A DNA stretch of 64,000 bases from Elusimicrobiota bacterium (GCA_016714745.1 JADKCG010000001.1:129236-193235); one strand, 5' to 3'; counted from the stretch's first letter, positions 44,230 to 55,500 are shown. Translations and numbers: made by a program. Notes: generated from the sequence alone by a model not told the origin.

Positions 44230-45618
44230 CCGATTGCCGCTCTCGACAAAAAATTCCTTTGGCACCCTTTCACACAGCAGTCGGAATGGGAAAAAGGCGA
44301 CCCGATTGTGATTCGCTCTGCCCGCGGGTCAACGTTCACGGATACCCGGGGCCGAACTTACATTGACGGCGTTTCTTCTCTCTGGGTGACGGCTCACGGA
44401 CATCGCCACCCGGCCCTAGACCGTGCGGTCCGACGCCAACTGGCCCGCATGGCACACACCACATTCCTTGGCTTAACGCACGAACCGGCGGCGCGATTGG
44501 GCCAGGCGCTCGTGGACATCGCTCCGTCGGGCTTATCGCGGGTATTTTATTCAGACAACGGTGCCACCTCCGTTGAAGTGGCGCTCAAGATGGCGTTCCA
44601 ATATTGGGCCCATCGAAGCGAACACCGGGCGGAGTATCTCGCTCTAGAAGGGTCGTATCATGGCGATACCCTGGGCGCCGTCTCTGTGGGAGGCATCGCC
44701 GCCTTTCACAAAACCTTTCGCCCGCTTTTGTTCAAGGCCCATTTCGCTCCCGCGCCCCATTGTTATCGATGTCCCTTTCGCAAAAAGTCCCCACAACCCG
44801 AACTGAGAAGTGGGGACGAACCAACCAACGTCCGCGCTCCGCGACCAGGGGACAAACGAGAGGAAACCGGTTGTCGGTGGGAATGTCTGAGGGGGGCGGA
44901 AAAATTAATAAAAGCGAGAAGGAAACGGTTGGCGGCGGCCATTTTGGAACCCATCGTCCAAGGAGCATCAGGCATGCGGGTGATGCCCCGGGGTTATCTA
45001 AAAGGTTTTGAGCGGCTCTGCCGCCAATACGGGATTCTCTTGGTTGCCGACGAGGTGGCCACCGGGTTCGGTCGAACGGGCCGGATGTTCGCCGTGGAAC
45101 AGGAGGGCGTTCGCCCAGATTTCCTTTGTGTGGCCAAAGCGCTCACCGGCGGCTATCTCCCCTTGGCCGCCACACTCACGACACAAAAGATCTATCGAAC
45201 ATTCCTGGGTCGTTACGAAGATTTTAAGGCTTTCTTTCACGGGCACAGTTATACCGCCAATCCCTTGGCCTGCGCCGTGGCGCTGGAAAACCTAAAGGTA
45301 TTTAAGAGGGAAAAGACCTTAGAACGTCTCGCCGAAAAACGCCAATGGATGACCGACTATTTAAAACAGATCGCCGACCATCCCAACGTGGGCCAGGTCC
45401 GCCAAGCGGGTTTCATGGGGGGCATTGAACTGGTCGCCGACAAAACCACCCACCGCCCCTTCCCCGCCGCCGCGCGAAGGGGCGCCCAGTTCTGCCGCCA
45501 AGCGTTGCAAAAAGGCGCCTGGCTTCGCCCTCTCGGCGATGTGATCGTCCTCATGCCCCCGCTTGGAATATCCCAAAAAGACTGGACCTCCCTCATCGCC
45601 GCCCTGGGACTCACCTAA
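44230..45618 (+). CDS. bioA: adenosylmethionine-8-amino-7-oxononanoate aminotransferase (start unresolved; long ORF reads through a roughly 400-bp low-information spacer)
   Basis: FLWHPFTQQ…SSLWVTAHGH…DEVATGFGRTG class-III aminotransferase motifs. The listed 603-aa ORF starts at 43807. The first 140 residues are Pro/Arg-rich and unlike any BioA N-terminus. An A7 run at about 44250 may hide a frameshift from the 44157 ORF. Confidence 0.75.
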   Translation, partial: PIAALDKKFLWHPFTQQSEWEKGDPIVIRSARGSTFTDTRGRTYIDGVSSLWVTAHGHRHPALDRAVRRQLARMAHTTFLGLTHEPAARLGQALVDIAPSGLSRVFYSDNGATSVEVALKMAFQYWAHRSEHRAEYLALEGSYHGDTLGAVSVGGIAAFHKTFRPLLFKAHFAPAPHCYRCPFRKKSPQPELRSGDEPTNVRAPRPGDKREETGCRWECLRGAEKLIKARRKRLAAAILEPIVQGASGMRVMPRGYLKGFERLCRQYGILLVADEVATGFGRTGRMFAVEQEGVRPDFLCVAKALTGGYLPLAATLTTQKIYRTFLGRYEDFKAFFHGHSYTANPLACAVALENLKVFKREKTLERLAEKRQWMTDYLKQIADHPNVGQVRQAGFMGGIELVADKTTHRPFPAAARRGAQFCRQALQKGAWLRPLGDVIVLMPPLGISQKDWTSLIAALGLT

Positions 45619-45864
45619 AATCATCCCAGCGGTAACGTGTCATAGCACTCTATGTCCGTGCGAAAAACAAGATGAAATAACGCTGACATATTACGCCGTA
45701 ATGTGTCGGGATGTTTATCAAGACCTGACCCCTTCCCCCCCATCCTCCGCTAAGGAGTATTTCCTCGTCTACCAGGCTTCCGTTATTGGGTGAAATCGAG
45801 AATTTGTAGCGCGGGCATCCGATCGCGCTATCGGAAGTGCCGCGTGGAGAGGCCTGCCCGGCCG

Positions 45865-46137
45865 GTCATTAACCCGGAACTTTCAGTTGGCGTAGGGCTA
45901 CCGTCGAGAGGGTCCGGAACAAAATTTCCCAACCCTCCCGGACGGAAATGTGCCGCCAGCTGAAAATTCTAGGTTAACCCGAAAAGTTCAGTTGGATCTC
46001 GGGATTCGTCGAAGGATGCCGGATTTTTTCTTCCTCAAAAAACATGACCAAAGTCACCGCTATGGCCTGCGGTTTCTTCGTCGAAAAAGCCGTGGCCTCC
46101 TTCGCCTCGGTCCCCGCGCCCAACTGAACTTTCCGGG
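45865..46137. repeat. three copies (two direct, one inverted) of a 20-bp motif AACCCGGAA(A/C)(G/T)TTCAGTTGG in the non-coding region 3' of the large minus-strand gene
   Basis: Copy 1 ends at 45891 (…ttaacccggaactttcagttgg). Copy 2 ends at 45994 (…ttaacccgaaaagttcagttgg). Copy 3, inverted, is at about 46118-46137 (ccaactgaactttccgggtg). Confidence 0.65.
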
Positions 46138-46249
46138 TGAAATAATTTCTTGATCATGCTCCATAAATCTTCAACATTTATGGATCTTTATCCAGTGGTC
46201 GCTTATTTTTTCGGTTAATAAATAATGTTTTTTTCCGTCTCTCGAGCTT

Positions 46250-49200
46250 CTATGCCGCTCTGAGGGCGGCGAGAAGAGCCTGGATCTCTTTGTTTATGGA
46301 ATTAGCAATCCTTTCAAAATATTGTCCCTTGTATTTCTTGTTTTCTCCGATAAAGTTTTTTGCCCCTTCCTGAACTAAAACAATGGCGGAAAGGGGAATG
46401 TCGTTGTTATTGTTTCGTTCGACCTCATTTATGGTGGTATAAACGTTGGCATTAATGTAAGTCTTGACCAAGACTTCCTGGTCATGTGTAACACCCACCT
46501 GCCGTAGAATTTCCGCTGGGGTACTTACTTCGGACACGATCAAAACGGGCTGATTTTCACCCAGCATTCCGGCGAGAACGGCCTGGGCGGTGGCTTTTAT
46601 ATTTTCGGGCCAATTGTGAAACCCCAAAAAGTTCATTGTGATTCGAGTGTGTGGTCCGTTGGTTTCACCCAATAATCTCCCGAAGTTTTTGGCGGCCCTA
46701 TTTGTTGCATTCTGGTCCTCAAGATCGGAAATTGCGGTCTTCATATCGGCTTGGGCAATTCCCTTAAATATATTGGGAGTAAACTTCTCGGCCGGTCTGA
46801 TTTGGTCTGGTATTCGTAAGAGGGGGTCACCGGTGATTAAATTCAAAACGGCTTCCCGAACGAGTTGTTGCTGGATGGGGGGGGGTGTTTGACTATTCTG
46901 GACAACAGGAGCAGGAGTCTGAGCGGACGCCATTCTGATCGCCAGCCTTTTTACCTCGGAAACAAAAGGGGTTTTTTTATTGAAGAGTTGTTGTCTGTCA
47001 TAAGCGAAATGGTCATAAGCGAAAACAGAAAATGCAAGCGCAAATAAAGCGGGGCTGGCGACCAAGAAGGGAAGGAACGCGTAAATCATCATTCGAGCCG
47101 TGTTAGACCAAAATCGGTTTTCCGGCGGGCTCAGACCCGGGTGTTTACCACCCCAAATTTTGTCCAACGCCAAGTGAAGGAATCTGAACGCCAAAATTCC
47201 CGCACCCATCAATAACGCCCCCATCATGGTCGGATCAAGGGCCAACATCCCATTCATCAACGGTTGAGCCCACCCCTGGGCGAACCATCCCGCCGCTCCC
47301 AAACCCATGATTTCAAGCGGGAGCAACCGCATGCCCCATCGCACCGCCGTCTCCGTCCCCATCCATGGGCGCAACAGGTGAAAGAAAATGTTGTTGGCGG
47401 AGGAAGGGTGTCGACTGGCTAAATATGCTTGAAAGGAATTGCCGTATTCATCATCTCCTTCAGAATAATAGGGCCCGCCCAAATGACGAAGGGTAAGACC
47501 GCCCAAGCCTTTTCTGGCCGAACGAAAAAAATCATTTTCATTAACGACCAACGTTGAATTATCAGCTAAATTTTCAGACACTTGCCCGATTATTTTTGGG
47601 AGAGAGTTAGGCAGGGGATATTGGGCCTTTAGATATAGACCGTCAAATTCAGTGCTCCCAAATCGGAGCGGGGGCCATCGATTCGAATGTTCGTCGGGGC
47701 CGAGGGTGGCTGGGACAAAAAAAATCTCAGTGCTGATTTCTCCCTGGGGCCCCGCCCGTTTAAAACGCAATCCTTTCCCATCCTCCGTTGGGGTGACGGA
47801 CTCCGGGCAACCTTCAAAGAAACCAATTCGAGAGCGATCAGGCTGGGTTCAAAACGAAGGTCATTAAATGTCCAGTAATTGGCATAGCCATGAGTCAGGA
47901 CCGATAAAGAGTAATCCTCGGTGATTAATTGTAAATTAGGATTAACCATTTCGCGCCGTATGGCATCGACGTCCAATCGTTTATTGTAAAAAAGGCCCAC
48001 CATTGTCACGGAAGTCGCCAAAGGGAAGGTGGTCAACACATTGGTTAAGTCGTATCCCGCCGCGAGATAAAGGACATTCGAGACAGTTTGGGTATGCTGA
48101 GATATGGCGTGGTTTCTGGCGGTGCGCTCCCCAGTCAACAAAAGTGAGGTCGGACGAAAAGCTGTTTTTAGAAAGGTGTTTGTTGCCCCGGCCTTAGAAA
48201 GAGTTAACGGGCTCCACAAGGCAAACAAGGTCAGAGTCCCCATCCATTGCCAAGCTAAGTTTGCACCGCTCCCTTCAAGCAGAAGGATGTCACTGAGGAG
48301 AAAAGTCCAAGGATAAGTCAGGCCGAGATCTAAACCCAGCCCTGGCTCCAGGAAGAAAGTCAGAGGCGCCAGAATAGGAACCGCGATTTTGTTCTTGAAA
48401 TCTTTAAGTAATTTCCCCCCCCAAAGGGTTTTTGGCGAAAGTCCTTGTTTAATCAGGTAGAACTTTTTTTTTCCTAACTCCAATAAGAGGATCAAAGTCG
48501 AAGGATCTCTAGGGTGTGCCCGGGATATTTTTACGGTGGAACTCACCGGGGATTCGCCCGCTCCCTGGGATACGGTGATTGCCGCATGCGCAATTCGGGC
48601 AGGATCTGATTCGGAGTCGGACAACCGAACCCGGCCTGCCAAATAAATCCGATCGCCAGCAAGAAGTTGTTCGATTGGGACGGGGTCGCGGGCGAGAACG
48701 TCGATATACTTATTGTCTTTAGGGATCGCGGTGATTTTGGGAGTGACAACAACATACGAGATTTGCTTTTCTCGCAAAAGGGCCGTCAATCCTTCCGTGT
48801 GGAACCCCCCGGCAACCAAAATGCCGGAACGCGTTTTGTCTTCGGCCATTCGCCGGGTCAGGTTATCGGTGAAAGCGGTGTTTCGCTCCGACGCCAGGCG
48901 GCAAAAATCTTCGAACGGGGTCAGGGAAATATTATTGGAAGGGTCCAAGGGTGCCGTCGTTGTAGGAGTCAAACGCGCCAATCGTTCGGTCGCGGTCCGC
49001 AATGTGTCTCCCCGGGATAGGTAATGGGACCAATCCGAGGGGCTCATTTCGTGTCGGACAAGTTTGTGAAGTAAAGAAAGATCGTATGTGATGGACACCA
49101 ACTCTTTTTCCAGGGAAGTTTTGGCCAAGAATTGGGGCAGGGTCCTCTCAACGGTGTCCAGCTCGTTCAGCAGGCCGTGATGGTCAATTTTGTCGGCGAT

Positions 49201-50370
49201 GATCACGTAGTCGATGTAGCGCTCCATTTGGGGATAGTCTTTGATCGAGATCCCGTTGAAACGGCAGACCCGTTTTAAATGGGTGTGGTATTCGACATGT
49301 CCCACCCGTCCGGAACGGTATTCGACACTTTTTTCCATCATTTCCGAAAGCCGGTCGGGGGAAAGTTTGTTCACCAACTTTTCCACCATTTGTCGGCGTT
49401 CGGTTTCGACCTGATTAAAGTCGATGGCTTTTTCCTGGTCTAGAGCCTGCTCTAACAGCTGAAGGTTGGGGGGTACCGAGCGACCTTTCGTTTGCATTAA
49501 AGCGCCGGTCAAATACCGCACATAGTCGACCAATTTGACCTTTTTGAATTGGTATCCCAAAAAGTTTTGGTCAAATGTTTTAAGGGGTTCTGAATACTCC
49601 AATTCCTTTAATTTGTCGGTCGTTGCTTTAAGCCTGTCCACCCAGACCATTGCGGCGTCCCGATCTTTGTAGGCTGTTTTCAATGCCTGCACGTTGGCGT
49701 TGTAAAGACCGCTGGATTCCACTCCGAAAAAGGTAGGCGCTTTGGGCATGGTCAACCCGGCGTACTCGGGACCGGCGATCATGTCCTTTTTCAAAAGAAA
49801 TTCAGCGAGGTCTTTGGTCATGGCGGGATTGGGAAAGTCCCGGTAGGCGTCTACCGAGAACGGTCCCCAGGCTCCTTCCACGCCGACCAGGGTGATGCCG
49901 GGGTCTTGGCCCAGCAGGGAAATCATGGACGAAATGTTACGTTGGGCCTCTTCAATGCCGTGGGCGTCCTGAATTTGGACAACGAAAGGGGCGTCTTTTA
50001 TGGGGGACAGGTAAGTATCATTGACCGTGCCGAAAGGGCTTACCAGTTTCCCAATCCAGTTGCCCGCTTTCGGGCCGATGGCGAACGGTTCCTTTAAATC
50101 GGCGGGCGCAGAAAAGGGTTTGGATCCTCCGCTGATTTCAACCGCCGAAGGGCGGGGCATGTTGGCCAAAACCGTTTGACTGTCGGTGTGGACGAGCGCG
50201 TCAGCGATGGGGGAGATGCCCCCCATTCGTTCCGCGGAAGCGCGCCGCCGTTGCGCCCAAAAGCTTGTTTCAGCCGAATGGGCCACTACGACGTTAACGA
50301 CAAAATAGAAACCGGCCAAACCGGCCGCTAATGTGCGTGGGATTTTGCCCTTGTTTTTTGGATTTTTCAC
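46250..50370 (-). CDS. large (about 1370 aa) hypothetical membrane protein in a low-GC island; one frameshift near 47650-47770
   Basis: ORFs 47629..50370 and 46250..47770 overlap by 140 nt in different frames. Signal/TM-like N-terminus and several C-terminal TM helices. GC is visibly lower (about 45-50%) than the roughly 60% of the flanks. Confidence 0.5.
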
Positions 50371-50671
50371 ACCTTCAGTTTACCCCACAAATTCGAAAGA
50401 TTGCCTTAAGAACTTGTAAACAACCTGTAAACTTTTCAATCCGAGTTCAATGTGTTAGTGCAACAGATGTCGGGAAGGTTTTTCGCGCTAAAATGAGGCC
50501 CTAGGAAAACCTACCGACACTTAACAAAAGAGGAACGCTATGGTTTCGGGTAGGGTGGGCCCAGAGTATTTATGTCGTGAGACCCTAACAGGTAGGAGAA
50601 GAAAAGGGGAAAAGTGTTTTTTTGTTCATGAGGAAAATCTGCAACTTTTGATTTGATAAAATGCTGGCGAC

Positions 50672-51097
50672 ATGAAGTGGGCGATCACACTTTTATTTCT
50701 TTTCCCGACAGTTTTGTGGGCGCGACCCAAGGCGCAGTTTACGGAATCGCGCTACGATTTTGGGGTTTTGCCCCAAGGGTCTACGACGACGCACACGTTT
50801 TCGGTGAAAAATGTGGGGGACAAACCGCTAAAGATCGAATCGGTAAAGACCACCTGTGGGTGTACGGTCGCGTCACCGACGAATTCCTTGATTGCGCCGG
50901 GGGATGTGGGTCAGATCCAGGTGACGTTTGATCCTCAGGGGAGGCTGGGAGATATTTCGAAACAGATTCGGGTGGAGACCAACGACCCCCATCATCCCAT
51001 GAGTTTTCTTACCATCGGCGGAACCGTGGCTCCCGTGAGTCATTCGGGAGTGATGGGACCGCCTCACAACGAGGTGAACACTTATGAGTCGAAATAA
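50672..51097 (+). CDS. DUF1573-domain exported protein
   Basis: Signal peptide, then YDFGVL…KNVGDKPLKI…TTCGCT, characteristic of DUF1573. Confidence 0.65.
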   Translation: MKWAITLLFLFPTVLWARPKAQFTESRYDFGVLPQGSTTTHTFSVKNVGDKPLKIESVKTTCGCTVASPTNSLIAPGDVGQIQVTFDPQGRLGDISKQIRVETNDPHHPMSFLTIGGTVAPVSHSGVMGPPHNEVNTYESK

Positions 51098-51683
51098 AAT
51101 CGTCGCCGCTTTGGCGATAATCTTAAGCACAGGAGCACTTATGGCCGCTGACGGTTGGAAGAAAGAAGCAGGGACGTACGCAGTGATTGAAACGGAAATG
51201 GGAACCATCGCTTGCAAGCTGTTTCCGGAAAAGGCGCCGGAAACGGTGGCAAACTTCGTTGGGTTGGCGGAAGGAACAAAAGAGTTCACCGACCCCAAAA
51301 CAGGAGCTAAAACGAAACGGCCCTTTTACGACGGAATTATATTCCATCGCGTGATTCCGGATTTTATGATCCAAACGGGGGATCCGTTGGGCAAAGGCAT
51401 CGGCGGCCCCGGATACCAATTCGAAGATGAGTTCGATGATTCCCTGAGCTTCGACAAAAAAGGCAAGTTAGCCATGGCCAACGCGGGTCCGGGAACGAAC
51501 GGGTCTCAGTTCTTCATCACCGTGGCGGCCACGCCGTGGCTTAACAATCGCCACACCATTTTCGGCGAAGTGGTGGAAGGACAATCGGTGGCGGACGCCA
51601 TTTCCAAGGCGCCCCGGGACGGAGGCGATCGCCCCACGAAAACGCTTTCCATGAAGAAAGTGACCATCGTTCGAGTCAAATAG
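51084..51683 (+). CDS. exported cyclophilin-type peptidyl-prolyl cis-trans isomerase
   Basis: FHRVIPDFMIQTGDP…GPGTNGSQFFIT cyclophilin core after a signal peptide. Confidence 0.85.
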   Translation: MSRNKIVAALAIILSTGALMAADGWKKEAGTYAVIETEMGTIACKLFPEKAPETVANFVGLAEGTKEFTDPKTGAKTKRPFYDGIIFHRVIPDFMIQTGDPLGKGIGGPGYQFEDEFDDSLSFDKKGKLAMANAGPGTNGSQFFITVAATPWLNNRHTIFGEVVEGQSVADAISKAPRDGGDRPTKTLSMKKVTIVRVK

Positions 51684-51701
51684 GTTAAGTTTTTATTGAA
51701 G

Positions 51702-51746
51702 GCGCCGCGGTCGGTGGGTGTTCACCGATCGCGGCGCTTTCTTTTT
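51702..51746 (+). terminator. Rho-independent terminator (15-bp GC-rich stem, 1 mismatch, then TTTCTTTTT) after the PPIase gene
   Basis: GCGCCGCGGTCGGTG-ggtgtt-CACCGATCGCGGCGC followed by tttcttttt. Confidence 0.65.
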
Positions 51747-52140
51747 GGGAGTCTCTTTACTGTCCGGTCCCCCGTTTTAGGACTTATACCAGGCACGGCT
51801 ATATATTGTGTTTTTTGACGGCCCATCTTCGGTCGATTTCTGCGTTGCTCCTCGGTTACATGCCACAGGGGGCATGCGCTCTCGTCGCGCCTTCAAATCG
51901 CCTCAAATCTGGGCCCCCAAAAAGCTCAATCAATGGCCTGACGGGTATAGCAGTCGAGGATACCGGGGTCAGGTATTGTAATCAAGCATCCCTATTGCGA
52001 AATGCGCGATTGCAAGACTTGACCTCGCTCTTCAGGGTTTGCCCAGGGCTCCCGTTAATAGGATGGTCGTTCCTATGGCAGGAGATGAAACTTCAAAAAA
52101 TGCTACCATGGCGATGCGCTTTTTTAAAAAAACTATTGCC

Positions 52141-52854
52141 ATGAAAAAAAACGACAAAACAAATCCTTTATTTTTTTGGACGTCCACCGGCAAGAAAGTG
52201 CTGATGGGCGGGTCCGGGTTGGCCTTGGTCGGTTTTGTCGTCGGCCATCTCGTCGGTAACTTGCAAATGTTTTTGGGGCCGGAAGCGGTGAACCGCTACG
52301 CGGCCTTTCTAAAAAGCACGGGGGAACTCCTCTGGGTGGTGCGGGGGGGATTGGTGGCCATGGTCGCGATCCATATCGCCACGGCCGTTTCTCTCAGCCG
52401 TGAGAACGCGGCCGCTCGGCCCGTGGGGTATGCCGTTAAAAGTTATAAAGAGGCGACGTACGCTTCCCGCACCATGGTCTACTCCGGCCTCGTCATTTTT
52501 GCCTTCGTGGTTTACCACCTTTGTCACTTTACCTTGCTCGTCACCCATCCCGAATACCGTCATTTGGTGGACGCCCAGGGCCGCCATGACGTTTACTCCA
52601 TGGTGGTTTTGGGCTTTATGCGTCCGGGGATCAGCGTCTGGTATACGGTGAGCGTGTTATTGCTGGGGATGCACCTCTCCCATGGGTTGTACAGCATGTT
52701 CCAGTCCCTTGGACTTCAGTCGGAAACGCTTCGCCGACGGGTTCGACCGGCGGCCGTCGCGGTGGGGGGGCTCCTCTTTTTAGGTTTTGCTTCCATCCCG
52801 GCGGGAGTGCTGTTGGGGTTGATCCGGTTACCGGCGGGAGGGGGACTTCCATGA
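52141..52854 (+). CDS. sdhC: succinate dehydrogenase/fumarate reductase cytochrome b subunit (type B, single 5-TM anchor)
   Basis: [13 protein letters not shown]… with five predicted TM helices and conserved His residues. ATGA overlap with sdhA. Confidence 0.75.
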   Translation: MKKNDKTNPLFFWTSTGKKVLMGGSGLALVGFVVGHLVGNLQMFLGPEAVNRYAAFLKSTGELLWVVRGGLVAMVAIHIATAVSLSRENAAARPVGYAVKSYKEATYASRTMVYSGLVIFAFVVYHLCHFTLLVTHPEYRHLVDAQGRHDVYSMVVLGFMRPGISVWYTVSVLLLGMHLSHGLYSMFQSLGLQSETLRRRVRPAAVAVGGLLFLGFASIPAGVLLGLIRLPAGGGLP

Positions 52855-54763
52855 TTTTGGATTCCAAAATTCCAGCCGGGCCGATCGCGGAGAAGTGGGA
52901 CAAACATAAATTTGACATGAAACTCGTCAATCCGGCCAACAAGCGGCGCTACAGCGTCATTGTGGTGGGATCCGGTTTGGCCGGCGCTTCAGCGGCCGCT
53001 TCTTTGGCCGAGCTGGGCTACAACGTAAAATGTTTCTGTTATCAGGACAGTCCCCGCCGGGCCCACTCCATCGCCGCCCAGGGGGGCATCAACGCCGCCA
53101 AAAACTATCAGAACGACGGCGATAGCGTTTATCGGCTTTTCTACGACACCGTCAAGGGCGGCGATTTTCGGGCCCGCGAGGCCAATGTGTACCGGCTCGC
53201 CCAGGTCAGCGCCAACGTGATCGACCAGTGCGTCGCTCAGGGCGTTCCTTTCGCGCGGGAGTATGGGGGCTTCTTTCCAACCGCTCTTTCGGCGGCGCCT
53301 TGGTTTCCCGCACCTTCTACGCCAGAGGACAGACCGGTCAACAATTGCTCCTGGGCGCCTACCAGGCCCTGTCCCGCCAGATTGGGCTGGGAACGGTGCA
53401 AATGTTTTCCCGAACCGAAATGCTTGACCTGGTGGTGATCAACGGGCAGGCCCGCGGCATCGTCGTGCGGAACCTCGTCACGGGGGCCATCGAATCCCAC
53501 GCCGCCGACGCTGTCGTGCTGGGGACCGGCGGGTACTCGAACGTTTTCTTTCTGTCCACCAACGCCAAAAACTGCAACACCACCGCGATCTGGCGCGCCC
53601 ACAAAAAGGGCGCCTACTTGGCCAACCCTTGCTACACCCAAATTCATCCCACCTGCATTCCCCAGTCGGGCGACCATCAGTCCAAACTGACGCTGATGTC
53701 GGAATCCTTGCGGAACGACGGGCGCGTCTGGGTGCCCAAGGCCGCCGACGATAAAAGGGCTCCCGGGGATATACCTGAAAGCGAGCGGGACTATTATCTC
53801 GAGCGGCTCTACCCCACCTATGGCAACTTGGCTCCGCGTGACATTTCCTCCCGCGCCGCCAAGCGCGTGTGCGACGAAGGGCGTGGCGTAGGCCCGGGCG
53901 GCCGAGGGGTCTACCTGGATTTTGCTGATTCGCTGAAACGCCTGGGAGAGGGCGTGGTTCGGGAACGTTACGGCAACTTGTTCGATATGTACGAGCGCAT
54001 CACCGGTGAAAATCCCTACCAAGCGCCCATGCGCATTTATCCGGCGGTCCATTACACCATGGGGGGCCTCTGGGTGGATTACAACCTCATGAGCAATCTG
54101 CCGGGCCTGCACGTCATCGGCGAGGCCAATTTCTCCGACCACGGCGCCAATCGTTTGGGCGCCAGCGCATTGATGCAGGGGTTGGCGGACGGCTACTTCG
54201 TCCTCCCATACACCATCGGCCATTATTTCGCCTCCGTCAAACGGGACCCGGTCACGACGGACCATCCCGAGTTCAAGAAAGCCGAAGAATCGATCCGGAC
54301 CCAGACGAACCGCTTGCTCGCTGTCCAAGGCAAACGAACCGTGCTCTCCTTTCATCGCGAACTCGGCAAAATCATGTGGGACGAGTGCGGAATGGCGCGC
54401 ACGGAGGCCAGCCTGAAAAACGCGCTTCAACGGATTCCCGCCCTGCGTGAAGAGTTTTGGAAAAATGTTCGGGTCACCGGTCAGAGCGAGGATTTCAATC
54501 AGGCCTTGGAGCAAGCCGGGCGGGTGGCCGATTACTTGGAATTTTCCGAACTGCTGTGCGCCGACGCGTTGCACCGGAAGGAATCGTGCGGCGGGCATTT
54601 CCGAGAGGAGTATCAGACCGAAGAAGGGGAAGCCCAACGCGATGATGCGAATTTCGCCTACGTGGCCGCCTGGGAACACAAAGGGGTGGGCCGGCCCGCC
54701 GAACTCCACAAAGAGCCCCTCGTCTTTGAAAACGTCCATCTTCAGCAGAGGAGCTACAAATGA
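52851..54763 (+). CDS. sdhA: succinate dehydrogenase/fumarate reductase flavoprotein subunit (frameshift near 53270)
   Basis: FAD-binding N-terminus ([14 protein letters not shown]…[10 protein letters not shown]) in ORF 52851..53438. The remainder (…[10 protein letters not shown]…) is in ORF 53228..54763. A G-run indel at about 53270 separates them. Confidence 0.85.
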
Positions 54764-55500
54764 ATCTGACCCTGCGCGTCTGGCGTCAGAAAAACCCTTC
54801 GGAACCCGGCCGTCTGGTGGATTATCCGGCCGCCGACATCAGCCCGGACATGTCCTTTTTGGAAATGCTGGACGTCGTCAATGAGGGTCTCATTCAGCAG
54901 GGGCAGGAGCCCATCGCCTTTGATTCCGATTGCCGCGAGGGAATCTGCGGTTCCTGTTCCCTGGTGATTAACGGAGTCCCCCACGGGGGCCATCAAGCGA
55001 CGGCGACCTGCCAGCTCCACATGCGGAAATTTCACGAAGGCCAAATCATCACCATCGAGCCCTGGCGCGCCAAAGCATTCCCCGTGGTGAAAGATTGCGT
55101 CTGCGACCGAACCTCCTTCGATCGGGTCATTCAGGCCGGAGGATTCGTATCCGTGGGGACCGGGGGCACTCCGGACGCCAACGCGATCCCCATTTCCAAG
55201 AAATCGTCGGACCGGGCCATGGACGCGGCTCAATGCATCGGTTGCGGGGCCTGCGTGGCGGCTTGCCGGAACGCTTCCGCCATGCTGTTCGTGGCCGCCA
55301 AGGTTTCGCAATTCGCCCAACTGCCCCAGGGGAAAATCGAAGCCAGGGAACGGGTCAAGGAAATGGTGGCCCAAATGGATTCCGAAGGGTTTGGCAATTG
55401 CAGTAACCAGTCCGAATGCCAAGCCGTCTGCCCCAAAGAAATCTCCGTCGATTTCATCGCCCAATTAAACCGAGAATACCTCAAAACCGCCCTCCAGTAG
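54760..55500 (+). CDS. sdhB: succinate dehydrogenase/fumarate reductase iron-sulfur subunit
   Basis: CREGICGSC (2Fe-2S), [11 protein letters not shown] and CQAVCP (4Fe-4S / 3Fe-4S) motifs. Confidence 0.85.
   Translation: MNLTLRVWRQKNPSEPGRLVDYPAADISPDMSFLEMLDVVNEGLIQQGQEPIAFDSDCREGICGSCSLVINGVPHGGHQATATCQLHMRKFHEGQIITIEPWRAKAFPVVKDCVCDRTSFDRVIQAGGFVSVGTGGTPDANAIPISKKSSDRAMDAAQCIGCGACVAACRNASAMLFVAAKVSQFAQLPQGKIEARERVKEMVAQMDSEGFGNCSNQSECQAVCPKEISVDFIAQLNREYLKTALQ

Noticed and set aside
45619-46249. possible tRNA or small RNA gene in the 630-bp gap
   Set aside because: No T-loop (GGTTCGAATCC-like) or cloverleaf-compatible segment was found. The short ORF 45950..46153 has no coding features.
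53237-54739. 500-aa minus-strand ORF
   Set aside because: Antisense to sdhA, with an Arg/Gly/Pro-rich composition typical of GC-rich antisense frames.
54754-55464. 236-aa minus-strand ORF
   Set aside because: Antisense to sdhB.
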